Positions 37,545 through 51,659 of a DNA stretch of 64,000 bases are shown here, piece after piece. The notes beneath the pieces are model-generated. The model was not told the DNA's origin. It saw only the letters and a program-made list of their open reading frames with translations, and did not search any database. The stretch spans positions 347,882,001 through 347,946,000 of the forward strand of contig OZ024742.1 of assembly GCA_964016885.1 (NCBI GenBank), given 5' to 3'. A program made the position numbers and the translations under genes. The number at the start of each line of letters is the position of its first letter. Within the stretch, counting starts at the first letter, position 1. The stretch comes from Eledone cirrhosa (taxonomy: Eukaryota).

Positions 37545-38282
37545 AACAGCCTCAAGACAGTCTCACCCAACCAATAACAGCTTCAAGGCAGTCTCAACCA
37601 ACCAATAACAGCCTCAAGGCAGTCTCAACCAACCAATAACAGCCTCAACCAACCCATGAGTCTCACCCAACCCATAACAGCCTCACCCAACCCATGACAG
37701 TCTCACCCAACCCATAACGGCCTCACCCAACCCATAACAGCCTCACCCAACCCATGACAGTCTCAACCAACCAATAACAGCCTCAACCAACCCATGACAG
37801 CCTCACCCAACCCATAACAGCCTCACCCAACCCATGACAGTCTCACCCAACCCATAACAGCCTCAAGGCAGTCTCACCCAACCCATAACAGCCTCAAGGC
37901 AGTCTCACCCAACCCATAACAGCCTCAAGGCAGTCTCACCCAACCCATAACAGCCTCAAGGCAGTCTCACCCAACTCAAGTAAGTCTCAACCAACCCATA
38001 ACTGCCTCAAGACAGTCTCACCCAACCCATTACAGTCTCAAGACAGTCTCACCCAACCCATAACAGCCTCAAGGCAGTCTCACCCAACCCATTACAGTCT
38101 CAAGACAGTCTCACCCAACCCATTACAGTCTCAAGACAGTCTCACCCAACCCATAACAGCCTCACTCAAGACAGTCTCACCCAACCCATAACTGCCTCAA
38201 GACAGTCTCACCCAACCCATAACTGCCTCAAGACAGTCTCACCCAACCCATTACAGTCTCAAGACAGTCTCACCCAACCCAT
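37545..38282. repeat. Compound minisatellite of about 20- and 31-bp units in the COA5 intron
   Basis: CAGTCTCACCCAACCCATAACAGCCTCAAGG and shorter variants. Confidence 0.9.
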
Positions 38283-38403
38283 ATCATCATAGTAAAACCA
38301 GACATAAAAATGATGATGGTAATGATTATTATTACTGATACTAATGATGATAGTTTGTTAACATTATTCTAATTATGTATTTTTTTCCTATTTTATTCTT
38401 TAG

Positions 38404-38550
38404 GATGGCCATACAATAAGAGAATGTGTAGTCCTTGGAAAACATCCTTCTATCCCAAACGAATGCAATGTTTTAAGGAATGCTTTCTTTGAGTGTAAGA
38501 GATCTTTGCTAGACATGAGAACACGGTTCCGTGGACGGAAAGGTTACTAA
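38404..38550 (+). CDS. COA5: COA5 coding exon 2 (total 86 aa)
   Basis: Pyrimidine tract + TAG acceptor; translates DGHTIRECV...ECNVLRNAFFECKRSLLDMRTRFRGRKGY*, the conserved COA5 C-terminus; AATAAA at 38577. Confidence 0.93.
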   Translation, partial: DGHTIRECVVLGKHPSIPNECNVLRNAFFECKRSLLDMRTRFRGRKGY

Positions 38551-41279
38551 CATCAGATATATTCATTATGTAGTTTAATAAATGATTTGATATTTTAATA
38601 TTTTACTATGGTGTTTGTAATACTTCCTCTATCATCATCATCATCATCATACATACGCTTGGCATGGGTTGGACAGGTTGTCATGGTCATAACACTAAGC
38701 AGGTTGGAAGCACTTCATGTTTGGGATCTCTCACACACAAAAATTAGAATACATAGCAAACCCCCCAATTTTACATATCAAAGTTAGCTTGGCGCAAGTA
38801 ATTGAAGTTATACATACAGGTATTAAATAAAAAAATTGTAACCATCCTAAAACTAAAAAGCCCAGCTGAGGGCACAAATAAATGGTTACTACTTTACAGA
38901 GTTGACTGGGTATATTTTATCATGGCACCAACACAATCACTTTACAGAGTGGACTGGGTGTATTTTATCATGGCATCAACACTATCACATATGTATCATG
39001 TGTCGACAATATGACACATGTATGCTTCAATATTGTTATAACCATTGACCATTAATTCATATTAGTGATCTGCGAGATTTAGAATTATGAATTTAGTGAT
39101 CCGTGAGGTTGGAATGGTTGGCAACCGCTGTACTACAACTCGGTATATATTAAGATTTCTGGTAAATTTTATGTAACTATGGCTAGTTTTTTTGATTAGA
39201 TGTCTTCACTCTGAAAAGAATGAAATGTAAACACTTTCGACTATTCTTCCTTACACAGAACAATGAAAATATTCTTATGCTTTTATAAGAAAAATGCTAG
39301 CCCACCTCCCCTTTTATGATTAGGTTCAACTCAGTGAGGTGACCAGCATTTAGTCAATGTTGACTCCTAATGACGACTCTCCCATCCCTGAGGAATTACT
39401 AGGTTTCTTGCATTGATATTTCAATCACTAACAGACATTGGTCCCCAAAGTTTTTCTTTATAGATTCTAAATCTCTGATGTTCAAAACATGAAAATACGA
39501 AAACGTTTTTAAAAACTGGCTAGATAAAAATGTTCATGGGAGTTGTTAATAAATCCAAGCTTAACCCTTTCCTTTTTATATTCCTTATAGAACACACTGT
39601 TTATGGCTTTCAAATAATTTTTTAAATAATCAAGAAGTTGAAGGGATTTAGTTAATATAACTAACTATTACTTATGGTCATAAATCTTGGGTAATGACCG
39701 AAAGCCTTCAATCGCAAATAAAGCGGCTGAAATGGGGTTCCTCCAAAGGGTCTTCGCAGTAACGTTACTCGATAGAGTGCATAGTTCGGAGATCAGAAAG
39801 TCACTCCAGGTAGAGTCACTACTTCTCCGAATTGAGAGATCACAGCTCTGACATTATGGAAATGTAGCTAGAATGCCTGAGGTAAGAATCACTGGACAGA
39901 TCTTACGAGTAAAACCAACCGGTAAACCCCGAGTAAGATAGTTGGATAACTTGCAGATCCAGCCGGATCCGTTGCTTCTGACAGGACCCACAGGAAGGAG
40001 TGTTTGAGGACTTTGCCCCCAAAACTCTCTCAGGAATAAGTGGGTGAAGACGAACTATCTTGTTAAGCTGGTGTTTGTAACATAAGGGTTCTAACATAAA
40101 ATTATGTAATTTGTGTAATAGAACCTAGTGAAGACATATGGCTAACTGGTTAGGATGTTGGGCTCACAATTGTAAGGTTGGGAGTTCTATTTCTGGACAG
40201 GCTGGTGCATTTGTTTTACATTTGAAATATACTGGGTAAAACATTACTTTGTTTTATTTGTCATCCTTTGCCATTTATATATTTCTACCTCATTGTACTG
40301 GCTTTCTGAAATTTTAATTAATTTATTACATATTCCACAATGATTGGCATTAAGTATATATATATATTGGGATGGAAGAAGTTCAGGGAGCTATCACTGC
40401 TAGAAAGCAGACTGTAAGATGCGTGTATATGAACAGCAACGTTTTTCATCGTATTGAGACCTCTGGCGTTATACAGAAGACCCAACTTCCCACGAGTACA
40501 AGCTGAAGCTGGAGCATATATATCCAGTATGTCCCCACCCCCTTCCAACTGTAAAGTGGTCATGTAGGTGTCACAACAAAAAAAAGCACCCAGTCCACAT
40601 TGTAAAGTGGCCGTATCGATGACACAACAAAAAGCACCCAGCCCACACTGTAAAGTGGCCGTATCGATCACACAACAAAAAGCACCCAGCCCACACTGTA
40701 AAGTGGTCATGTAGGTGTCACAACAAAAAAGCACCCAGCCCACACTGTAAAGTGGCCGTATCGATCACACAACAAAAAGCACCCAGCCCACCCTGTAAAT
40801 GAGGTTGGTGTTAGGAAGGGCATCAAGCTGTAGAAACTAAGCCCAAATCAGTTCTGCATGAGCAAGACATGATCACCTGACCTGGCCCCACAACAGGACA
40901 ACTCGTCTAACCCATGCTAGCGTGGGAGAATGGACGTAAAATGGTGATGATGATAATGATATACTGTCTGTGTCTGTATACATCACTCAGTACCAGATTT
41001 GATATGAACTATCCTGGTATAACACTTGATAAAATTTAAGAAGTTTGTGTATACATTTTTGCATGGAAAATTTAGTAGTGTCTTGTTTCACCATCATCAT
41101 CATTTTATGTCCGCTTTTCCCTGCTTGCAAAGGTGGGACAGGAACTGATTCTGGCTTGATTTCTACAGCTGGATGCCCTTCCTAACACCAACCTCATTTA
41201 CAGTGAGTGCTGGGTGCTTTTTTTGCCGTGGCACCTCCACGACCACTTTACAGTGGAATGATAGGGACCCCAGTCCTAT

Positions 41280-41420
41280 CATCTCATTTCTACAGCTGAG
41301 TAAACTGGAGCAATGTGAAATAAAGTGTCTTGCTCAAGAAAACAACACATCACCTGGTCTGAGAATTGAACTCACAACCTTTCGATTGCAAGGCCAATGC
41401 TCTAACCACTAAGCCATGTG
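41280..41420 (-). mobile_element. Older tRNA-derived SINE of a second family
   Basis: Minus strand TGGCTTAGTGGTTAGAGC...GAGTTCAATTC (A/B boxes); similar relics near 35200-35340, 40135-40200 and 51140-51260. Confidence 0.6.
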
Positions 41421-41544
41421 TATGCATGGCTAATACATACATGTATATGTAGTAGCTACCATATGAAAAGTTGCTACCTCTTTCTCCCCCCTTCCTAAAT
41501 GGTGCTAGTGGCCAGAATAGAAAAATGTGCAGCCAAGCAAATAC

Positions 41545-42620
41545 CCTCCATCAGGCATCTACCATACTCTGAATGCCTTGCTTCCCTGGACATGGATACA
41601 TTGAAGCTCTGCAACTGACTTGGTAAACACCCACAAAATTATTAACCATCTTGCCAACAACCACCCTGAGTACCTTTTTGATTTCCATGTGTCTAACACA
41701 CGTGGGCATGCCTACAAAGTGAGAAAACAGCACATGTCCCATGACTTTCAAAACCATTTTTTCACACTCAGAGTTGCAGAAGCATGGAACAAACCACCTG
41801 CATCAGTTGTTAGCTGTCGAGACACTGCACGCTTTAAAACCTCCTTGGAACAAACTACCTGCATCAGCACTGCACCCTTTAAAACCTCCATGGAATAAAC
41901 TACCTGCATCAGTTGTTAGCAGCCGAGACACTGCACCCTTTAAAACCCCCATGGAATAAACTACCTTCATCAGTTGTTAGCTGTCGAGAAACTGCACACT
42001 TTAAAACCTCCATGGAACAAACTACCTGCATCAGTTGTTAGCTGTCGAGAAACTGCACCCTTTAAAACCTCCATGGAACAAACTACCTGCATCAGTTGTT
42101 AGCTGTCGAGAAACTGCATGCTTTAAAACCTCCATGGAACAAACTACCTGCATCAGTTGTTAGCTGTCGAGACACTGCACCCTTTAAAACCTCCATGGAA
42201 CAAACTACCTGCATCAGTTGTTAGCTGTCGAGAAACTGCACACTTTAAAACCTCCATGGAACAAACTACCTGCATCAGTTGTTAGCTGTCGAGACATTGC
42301 ACCCTTTAAAACCTCCATGGAACAAACTACCTGCATCAGTTGTTAGCTGTCGAGACACTGCACCCTTTAAAACCCCCATGGAATAAATTACCTGCATCAG
42401 TTGTTAGCACCCGAGACACTGCACCCTTTAAAACCTCCATGCTTCCTGAGATTCGCCAACACTACACCTGATGCCCCCCTCCATACACATGCACACATGT
42501 ATATTATGACTCATACAGTTCACTTTCTTGACATTTGTATATTATTCTATGTACTATACATGCACCTTTGATGAGTTGTAGTGCACCTGAGCACTGTACA
42601 CAATAATTTTCATTATTATG
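41545..42620 (+). mobile_element. CR1 3' fragment containing a 61-bp tandem expansion (41783-42441, about 11 units)
   Basis: TRGHAYKVRK...FFTLRVAEAWNK; unit CATGGAACAAACTACCTGCATCAGTTGTTAGCTGTCGAGACACTGCACCCTTTAAAACCTC. Confidence 0.9.
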
Positions 42621-45184
42621 CTCCCATCCCTACCAGTAATTCCTTTTCATGAATGTCACTACACTAATACTATTACTACTACTAATACCACACCACACCA
42701 CCATTACCACCAACACTACACCAGTTTTCATGGCAGTTGTGTCTGGACTAAATTTCCCTCATCCTTTCATCACTTATAATGTAGGAAACACCATGTGAAT
42801 GCTTCCATCAGTTATATGTCCCATGTAGGAAACACCAATGACGTTTGTCACATTTCATTTCGCATGTCAATATTTTTTTCCATAATTCTCAATAACATAC
42901 AAAAACAAAACAAACACCATCTCTCATGCAACAAAAAGCATTTTAAAGCCATTTTCCCTGCTAAAGTAGGGGTTAGCAATACAGGCCCACGACAAGCTGC
43001 ATCCCCAGTCTTTCTTGGTCTTCCCTTCCTCAACACATGACCCAACCATCTCATTCTATTTCTCTTCACATCTATCATCCTCTCTGAGGAATGCTCCGCT
43101 ACATTCATTCCACTGGACCATTCTCATTTGTCCTTTCCAGTTGCTCCACAATCAACCCCCATAAACCATACCACCTCCCATGGATCATACACCTTTCCGT
43201 TGTTTCAGCAAACCCCACCCCCCTCCTCCTCATTAGTACATCACTGAACTTCTCCCAGAGACATCTCATTAGCCACAGAGTCTGATCCACCTCTATTCAT
43301 CATGTCATGAAGGTAACAAGATTTTCACATCTATCATCATTCCCAAGATCCAGCTCAACATCTCTATCTGTAGCTCCCTCCACATATTTAAATCTCTTCA
43401 CCCAGTGTATATCATACATTTAAAGGAGTTCACTCCAACACCCTTCTTGCCCACTACACATGGCCACCTTCCTGTTCCTTCCATCTCACTACATACTTTA
43501 CCATCATCTTTGTCTTCCAATATTCACCTTCATACCTTTTACTTCCATACATTCCTTCCACCTGTTCATCACCTTCCTCAGTCCATCCATGCTCTCTGAT
43601 ATTAACACCAGGTAATTTATATACACCAACTCCCATGATAAACCCTCCTTTAAACTTCAGACCAGTACCCCCATCACAACTACAAATAGTAGTGGGTTTA
43701 ATACTGATCCCTGATGTACTCCAACCTTCACTTCAAACTCCTCACTGTTCCTATCTTTCCTCTTTACAACTCTACATGTTTTCTCATACATTGTCATTAC
43801 TACTTTAACCAACCATCTTCAGTGCCTATATCACTACTTCATGTGAAACCCTATCAAAAGCTTTCTCCAGATCAACAAACCACCAAAACAATGTCTTCCT
43901 CTTGACCCTGCACTTCTGCAACTGCTTCACAATAAATATTGTATCAGTTCCTTTTTCTGGCACAAATTCAAACTGCATTTCATCATTTTACGTTCGCTGT
44001 TCCACACTTGCTTGGGTTGGATGGGTCTTTCTCAGTACAGCATCTCTCCACCTGTCGTGTTTCTTTGTACATTACATTTGATTCTTAATTTTTTTTCCTT
44101 ATTCTCTTTCCAATAGCTTAATTACATCTTCCAATGATTCCAATATATCATCCCAGTGACAATTGTACATTTAATGGAGTTTACTCAAACAGCTTTCCTG
44201 CACAGTAAAATAACAAAAACAAACATAATATAAAAGAATACAAAAAAATACGACAGTTTGAATGTAGTTACTATATTTCTTAATATAGAATTCAAATTTT
44301 TTTCCAGCTTTCAGCTCAGAGAAACTTGCACTGTTTTCTTCTTAGATATTAACCATAGAACAAGAACAGGAAGGGGCAGCCATCTTGTTGATTCACCATT
44401 CAAAATTATTAAGATTTCAATTCTAATTTAATAAATAGAAACAACTGTTCCAAGAATATTTCAATATTTCAAATGTCATATTTTTTTTTCTTGGTGGGGT
44501 TGAGAGAGAGGGCTCTGGGGGCCACACACCTATGTTGTAAATAGACTCAAGGTGTCAGAGGGATGTGGGGCCACACACCAATGTTGAAAATAGACTAAAT
44601 CAAGGTGACAGTAAGGAATGTGACAAAAGAAAAAACAAAAGCATGACACCACAACTTAACATTTCTAATTCATCTTCAGTCTGGGTCACAAATTTGTTCC
44701 GATTCAATTTAAGAACACATTTTCAGGTGGGGGTACATGCTGTACCTGTAGGTTTTCACTGCCATCACACTAACACTAACAATGCTTCTGGAACAATTTA
44801 CTGAGTAGATAGAGTACAAAGATGTTTTGTTTTTTATGAAGAAGAAATTCTTGAATTTTAAAGTAGAATCTTTACAAAGATGGTTGAAAAAAATAAGTTA
44901 GTCTAGATCTGAAGTGTAAAGCTCGGGGAATGTTAAGTTTCTGCATCTGAGCAAGTGTGTGTATGCATGTGTGTAAATATTCGATAAGGAATGTTGCCAG
45001 AGTTTTCTGATAACATTTTCAAATAAAACAGATTAAAGCAGAAAGACAAAATGCGCGCACATGTGTGGATGCATGTGTGTGTAATATTACGTTGTAGTTG
45101 TAGACAAAGCACAGTTATATTTTCTCCCGCCCATCACAATCGTCATCATCATCAACTAAGGATATTCCTAAGTGACTATCCAGA

Positions 45185-45380
45185 TCAGTTGGTAGAAAGG
45201 CATTGGATCATGGGGTTCTCAGAAGATTTCATCCATTCTTTTCTCAGCATATGTTTCAGTTGCGACAAACGCAGGTTTGGATTTTCCTGTTTCAAGATAG
45301 GTAGTCGTCTCTCTTCAAATTTGTTGTAAGCAGCCTTGACACGCTTCTCGGGATATCTGTCCACTTCAGGCTCCTTCGTA
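45185..45380 (-). CDS. CCDC124: CCDC124 coding exon 4
   Basis: DRYPEKRVKAAYNKFEERRLPILKQENPNLRLSQLKHMLRKEWMKSSENPM; AG acceptor at 45381-45382; TGA 45185. Confidence 0.93.
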
Positions 45381-46119
45381 CTAAAAAACATAAGAAATAC
45401 TTCAGTCACTAACTCTTAACAACTTGTAATAATTCAGCAGAAAATATCTAAAAATAGGTTTGTTAAGTCAAATGTTTATAGTATCTTTACTAGTGGACAG
45501 ATCATTGTGAAAACTTGCTGTATTAGAGTTAAGACTTTTTATTGTGATGCAATCACAGTGCTGTTTTGTACTTTACAAGAATGTGTTTCTAATGTAGTTT
45601 CATGTGGTACAGGATGTTAAGACCAAAATATATCTTTCATCATCATCACCGTTTAACGTCCAATTTTTCATGCTAGCATGGGTTAGACGAGTTGTCCTGT
45701 TGTGAGAAATGCCAGGTTATATGACTGTGGTTTGCTCATGCAGAACTGCTTTTGGCTTAGTTTCTACAGTTGGATGCCCTTCCTAATGCCAACCAGATTT
45801 ACATTGAATACTGGGTGCTTTTTGCCGGGACACCTACACAACCACTTTACAGTGTGGGCTGATTTTTAATATTAAACTGAACTCTGTAAAGTGATAGTGC
45901 CACAATAAAATGTACCTTATACACTCTGTAAAGTGATAGTGCCACAATAAAATGTACCTTATACACTCTGTAAAGTAGAGGAGCATTGAGCCACATAAAC
46001 CATGACAAATATGGAATATATATGAATAAAATGAAGTTACTCTGATCCATCTAGAGATGGTGACAACCTGTCCAACTCATGCTATCTGACATAAAGTGAT
46101 GATTATGTTGATGGTAAAT

Positions 46120-46710
46120 ACTTTAGTAACTGTATTTCTAATGAAATATATTATTTCAATTAATTAATGAAGGATTTTGAGGGATTTACTCACACAATGG
46201 AGTTATGTCATAACTAAAATATAACTGAACATATGCTTCTTATATAAAATTATGATGAAAAAAACCTTAACATTAATAGGAACCATTTAAAATGGGTAGA
46301 TTTGTTTCAGAGAACCAGAGCTGGTTTTTGGCTGGGTTGGAATCAGAAGCATTAATATAAATTGTTTTTGTTTGATGCCATTGCTTTACAAAGGGGAAAG
46401 TTTCAAGCCTGCTTTGTTTAAAAATTTCTTTTGGAATAGATTTCAAGTGAAGCTAGTGTATCTCGATGTTTAACCCTTTAGTTACCAGCCCAGAAAAAAA
46501 CCGGCTCTGGTTCTATGAAATAAAGTCACCCATTTTTAAGGTTTCCAATTTAAATTAAAATCTTTCAACATAATTTTATATTAAAACCTTACATTAAGTT
46601 ACTATTTTACTAATGAAATAATTCATAATTTTAGTAAATCCCTCAAAATTCTTCATTAATTAATTAAAATAGAGTGTATTTGATTAGAAATGCGATCACG
46701 AAAGGGTTAA
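46120..46710. mobile_element. Two oppositely oriented relics of a TTAA/CCCTT-ended MITE (piggyBac-like)
   Basis: TTAACCCTTT at 46470 and AAAGGGTTAA at 46701-46710; 46120-46340 is an inverted copy. Confidence 0.55.
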
Positions 46711-48493
46711 CCAACTTTGTATGTAGGCTTAATCAGGATTGTTAGACTGGGCTACAAGTAGTGGATTATGTTACTATTTTATTAAAGGCAAGAATCCTAT
46801 AAATTCATTTGTTACTATATATTTCTAATGTAAAACACTGCCTAAGACTTTCAAATAAAGAAGAATTTAGACTTGTTATTTTGTTGGTATTTTGAACATA
46901 AGTTAACAAACGTTCTTATATAAAATTATGTGAAAGGCATCTAGCAGTAGCAGCTATGCCAAAGGTTGCTCCAATCCATCTGGTCTCAGACAATAACAAC
47001 CCATGTCAGCATGGACAACAGATGTAAAATATTGATGAGGATGATGGAAGGTTTTTAGATGAGTACAAACAGTTTTGTATTGCAGAAGAGTTAAAAATGA
47101 ATTATCAACTAAGTAAATTAGAACTGATCTATAGAAAAAATTTACTAGCAAAGTTTTCATATTTTGGCTACTTTAACACTTCTTCTTCACCCATATATTC
47201 CTGAGAAGGTCTGTGGGGTCAGAGTCTTCAAACTCTCCTTCCAGTGGGTCCTGTCAGAAGCAACTGTCTCCAACTGATCTGGCTGGATCCTCAAGCAAGA
47301 CCAGTCAAGCTCATGGATGATATCCAACTATATTGTGCAGGAGAGAAGACTGAGATGGTATGGACATAGAAGTGCCAAGAAATCCCAGTAGAAGGAAGAC
47401 CATGGGCGGAGGTGGTGAGAGCAGACCTCAGATCGCTGAAGCTCATGGAGGAGATGACGAAGGATTGTGACAAGTGGTCATAAAATGATGATGATGATGA
47501 TGATGATGATTGTTCTGGGTCTCCTGTTGGTTGGTTTTGCCCGTAAAATCTGTCCAGCAATTCTTTCCTGAGATATTCTAACCACATGTCCATAATATCG
47601 GAGCTGTGATCTCTCAATTCAGAGAAGTAGGGGCTCTACCTTGAGTGACTCTCTGATCTCCGAGTTACACACTTTATCGAATAATGTTACTCCAAAAACC
47701 ATTTGGAAGAACCCCATTTCAGCCGTTTGTATTCTTTTGGTCATGATCATTGGTAAGGGTTGGCACGAATATTGAATTGAAGATAGTGAGTTTGACTTTT
47801 ACACCTACCGCCCTTCATCTGATTACCGAAGCTGGCACATTACTGCAACGGCTCCTGCAATTCTTGCACATTCTAACACAAGCTACTATTTTTGGAAAAT
47901 TTAGTTCTGCTTTATAGGAAATTGAATCTAGCAACACTGACCTGCGACTGTACAACAGTAAACAGATTTATCTCCCCCGAGCGAGACACAGCCACCCGGC
48001 CCAACTTGCCTCTAAATGGTACAAACCCGTCTAACCCATTCTCGCATGGAAGATAGACATTAATCGATGATGTTAAATATTCACAATGTTATTATGGAGT
48101 CCTTTTTTTGCTGCAGTTTTACATCCAAATGCCCCCTGCTTGGTTGTGATAGGGGTGATGATAGTGATGATGATAATGGTGATGTGGTCCTTGTATTAAC
48201 AGTGCTACTACTGCTGATGATGATAACGGTGGTGGTCCTTGTGTTAATAGTGCTGCTGATGGTGATGATAATAATGATGGTGGTGGTGTTAATAGTGCTA
48301 CTGCTGATGGTGATGATGATGATGACAAGAATGGTGGTGGTGGCTGTTGTGTTAACAGTGATAATAATGATAGTGGTGGTGGTGTTAATAGTGCTACTGC
48401 TGACGGTGGTGGTGGTGTTATTAGTGTTACTGCTGATGGTGATGATAATGTAATTCCAAGATCCCATTTAAAAACCCCCTCTCCTCTACATAC

Positions 48494-48611
48494 CTGAGTA
48501 ATGACAGAGCCTCCTCAACAGTTCTAGCCTCTAGACCATCAGGAATAATTCTGTTTAAGTTTTCTTCCAGTGGAGGAAGGTCTATGTCAGCTGAAGTTTC
48601 TGATTTTTTGG
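48494..48611 (-). CDS. CCDC124: CCDC124 coding exon 3
   Basis: PLEENLNR...EARTVEEALSLLS; CAG acceptor, GTATGT donor; phases 1/2 fit neighbours. Confidence 0.9.
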
Positions 48612-48789
48612 CTGTTTAGAAAATAAAAACAAACAAACATGCATGTATTATTTTACAATTTATATCACAATATGTCGTGTCTTGGGTATTTCCTGTGTGT
48701 AGATAATTGGACAAGGAACAGTAATTTACAAATTTTTATTTTGACACAATGAAGCACAATAAACTGTAGAACTGAAGTGAGCATATAAT

Positions 48790-48978
48790 AATTGTATCTA
48801 CTTTTGGCACAAGGCCAGCAATTATCCAATACATTACTGGTACTTTATTTTATCGACCTCTTAAGGATGAAAGGCAAATTTAACCTCGACGGGATTTGAA
48901 CTCAGACCGTAAAGGGACGTAACTATGCTAGAAAGCATGGCGTCCAACCCTCTACCGATACTGCCAATTCACCGCCCC
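48790..48978 (-). mobile_element. tRNA-derived SINE in a CCDC124 intron
   Basis: 10309 family; flanking direct repeat TGAGCATATA. Confidence 0.88.
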
Positions 48979-49402
48979 TGAGCATATATTAATAACACTG
49001 AATGTAATGCTGTGGAGACAGAAAGATTTGTGTACTCCTTAAACCGTCAGACTATACTACAAACCTGTTGGATAGAATTGTGTACCCACCGTTTAACTGA
49101 AGTGTAATATATCGGCAAAAAATACGTGATTGTGATATGATTGGCTGTTAATTACACAGCACTTGTTAGATAACACTCAATATGAGTTTAATACACAACA
49201 CAATACGATGTATGTTATATAGGGTGCAGCAAAAATACCTCTCAGTAAAATGTGGGAGGTTTTCTGCTACACCCTATATAACAAAGCAACTAATTAGTAG
49301 AGTTGTTGGAACATCAGATGGAAGGAATGTATGTTGTATAATTATTATGAAAGATAAGATCTTTGAGAAAGAGCACAGAAATACTGTGAGAGAAATACTT
49401 AC

Positions 49403-49562
49403 ATGTTGCTTGTGCAATCAAAGTAGTCTCAATCTGAGCCCTGGTCACCTTGTTTAAAGGAATGGTAGTTTTCCCCTTTAGGCTGCTCATTTCTTCATCA
49501 TGTAATTGTTTCAGTTGCTGCTTACGTTCTAAGGTCTCAACACGCTTACGATCTCGATCTTC
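49403..49562 (-). CDS. CCDC124: CCDC124 coding exon 2
   Basis: EDRDRKRVETLERK...KVTRAQI; TTTTGCAG acceptor, GTAAGT donor. Confidence 0.9.
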
Positions 49563-50922
49563 CTGCAAAAAGAAGTTTATACATATATACATGTGTGTAA
49601 TGCTAGTGTACCTGAAGAGCGTAGAATAAATGAGCTGAGAGAAAATCTCGGCATAAGAGGAATTGGATGTAGAGTAGTATGCAAGAGAGAAGACTGCGTT
49701 GGTATGGACATGTGATGCATGTGGAAGATGGCAGCTGCATAAAAACATGCAGAGAAACTCCAGTGGGTGGGACACATGGAAGAGACAGCTACAGGAAAAG
49801 TTGAGACGAGGTTGTAAAGACCGACTTTAAGAAGCTAAACCTCACAACAAAGATAACAAAGGACTGAGAGGGCTGGTGATATGTTGTGCTGGTGAATACC
49901 CGGCCAAACATGTGACATGACCCATCATTACTCCCACCCCAATATAACTTCTTAGTTATTCCTCCCTACTTCTTAGATACCCTCTCTATTTTGTAGTAGC
50001 TACTCTCTCCATCCTATTCACCCCATCCCCCTCAACTCCTTAGCTGTTCCCCCACCTTTTAAAGTCCTTACCTTTTCTATCACATCCTAGTGGCCACACC
50101 CTCCACCCCTGTGCCAATGCCCTCTCATCACCACCACCACTTCTCAGCTATTCTCTCTATCTCTACACTGCAAGAGAGAAGACTGCGTTGGTATGGACAT
50201 GTAATGCGCATGGAAGATGGCAGCTGCATAAAGTAATACAGGGAAACCCCAGATAATGGGACCCGTGGAAGAGATACACCCAGGAAGACATGGGATGAGG
50301 TTGTAAGGACTGACTTGGAAAGCTAAACCTTACAACAGAAATGACTAAAGACTGCGGTGAGTGGCACTACTCAGTACTTACAATGTGACCTGACCTTCAG
50401 CTAATAATGTGACATTACCTAACTTCCCCCCTTCCACTAGCACTCCCTAACAGTTATTCTCAACATCACTACTTCAACCTCGTACACATTCCTGTGAAGT
50501 GGTTGGTGATAGGAAGGGCTTCCAGCCATGGAGAGCTTGCCAAGCAAACAAAGAGTCAGGAGGACTCTTCAGTCATGTCAAAGGATATGACAACTTCCCT
50601 AGTGTTGGTGATTTACATGATAAATGCACCCAGTACATTCTGTAAAGTTGGTGATAGGAAGGGTATCCAGCTGTAGAAAACTTGCCAAACAAAGGGGTGG
50701 GAAGACCCTCAGTGTCAAAGGCTAGCAGGGAAAGTGGACATTAAAATGACAATGATGATGTTGACAATAAACAACACACTTTACTGTGTACTGGGTACAC
50801 AGATGTTAAACAACACACTTTACAGTGTGTACTAGGAACACAGATGTTAAACAACACACTTTACTGTGTGTGTACCAGGTACACGAAGGTTAGATGATGA
50901 CAATGTGTAAAACTCCACTTAC

Positions 50923-51081
50923 TTTTCTCTGTTGTTTCCGGGCAGCATTTTTATCATTGTCCTCCCAAAGTTTGTCCTCAGCTTCTTTATTTTTCCGCGA
51001 TAGCTCTTCCTGTCGCTTAGCCTCTTTACGAACACGAGCTTGAACAGCCTTGCTGTTTTCTCCTTGAAATTTCTTTGGCAT
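50923..51081 (-). CDS. CCDC124: CCDC124 (Lso2/Oxs1 family) coding exon 1; joined CDS 633 nt, 210 aa
   Basis: MPKKFQGENSKAVQARVRK...WEDNDK conserved N-terminus; GTAAGT donor; CAG acceptor 1 nt before the ATG. Confidence 0.93.
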
Positions 51082-51659
51082 CCTGTAGGGTGTCAGCTGG
51101 TCAAACTGAAATGTAAAACATGCTAAATAAATCGGTGTAGACATGGTTGTGCGATTAAGAAGTTCACTTAGCAACCACATACTTCTGGGTTCAGTCCCCA
51201 TGGGTGGCACTTTTCGCAAGTGTCTTGTTATAATATGATATCCTTGAGTTGACCAAGGTTCTGCAGCCCACCAAGCAGAAGAGGGCAAACTGTCCAAGTA
51301 TTGGCCAATTTCTGATAGGTTTGTGGTAGAGCCTGTAGCAGTGGAGACTTCCAGTGTTCTTGGCCACCGGACGACATCCCTACTCACTGCTAGTGGAACA
51401 GAGTTGGCCGCCTGCAGGTGCAAGCCCTACTGTTCCAGTATGTCTCTTTCACCGTCCTCCGGGGGAATGTATTCTCCATCCTGTTGGTCAGGACCCAGAG
51501 GTGAAGGGTAAGCTAGTTGGTGGTGGAGTATATTAGTTCAGATGTCACTGTCACACATGTATTGAGTACCTTATTAACTCTTGTGTAAATAACATTACAA
51601 ATAATGGAAATTGGTACATGGAAACTGAAGCAAGCAGCCTGTCATATAATGGATATATA

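Noticed and set aside
48067-48467. Hydrophobic or Thr-rich ORFs (also Pro-rich 34932-35291)
   Set aside because: Low-complexity trinucleotide repeats inside introns
50890-51423. 177-aa ORF as a single-exon gene
   Set aside because: Only 50923-51081 is CCDC124 coding; the rest is intron/SINE read-through
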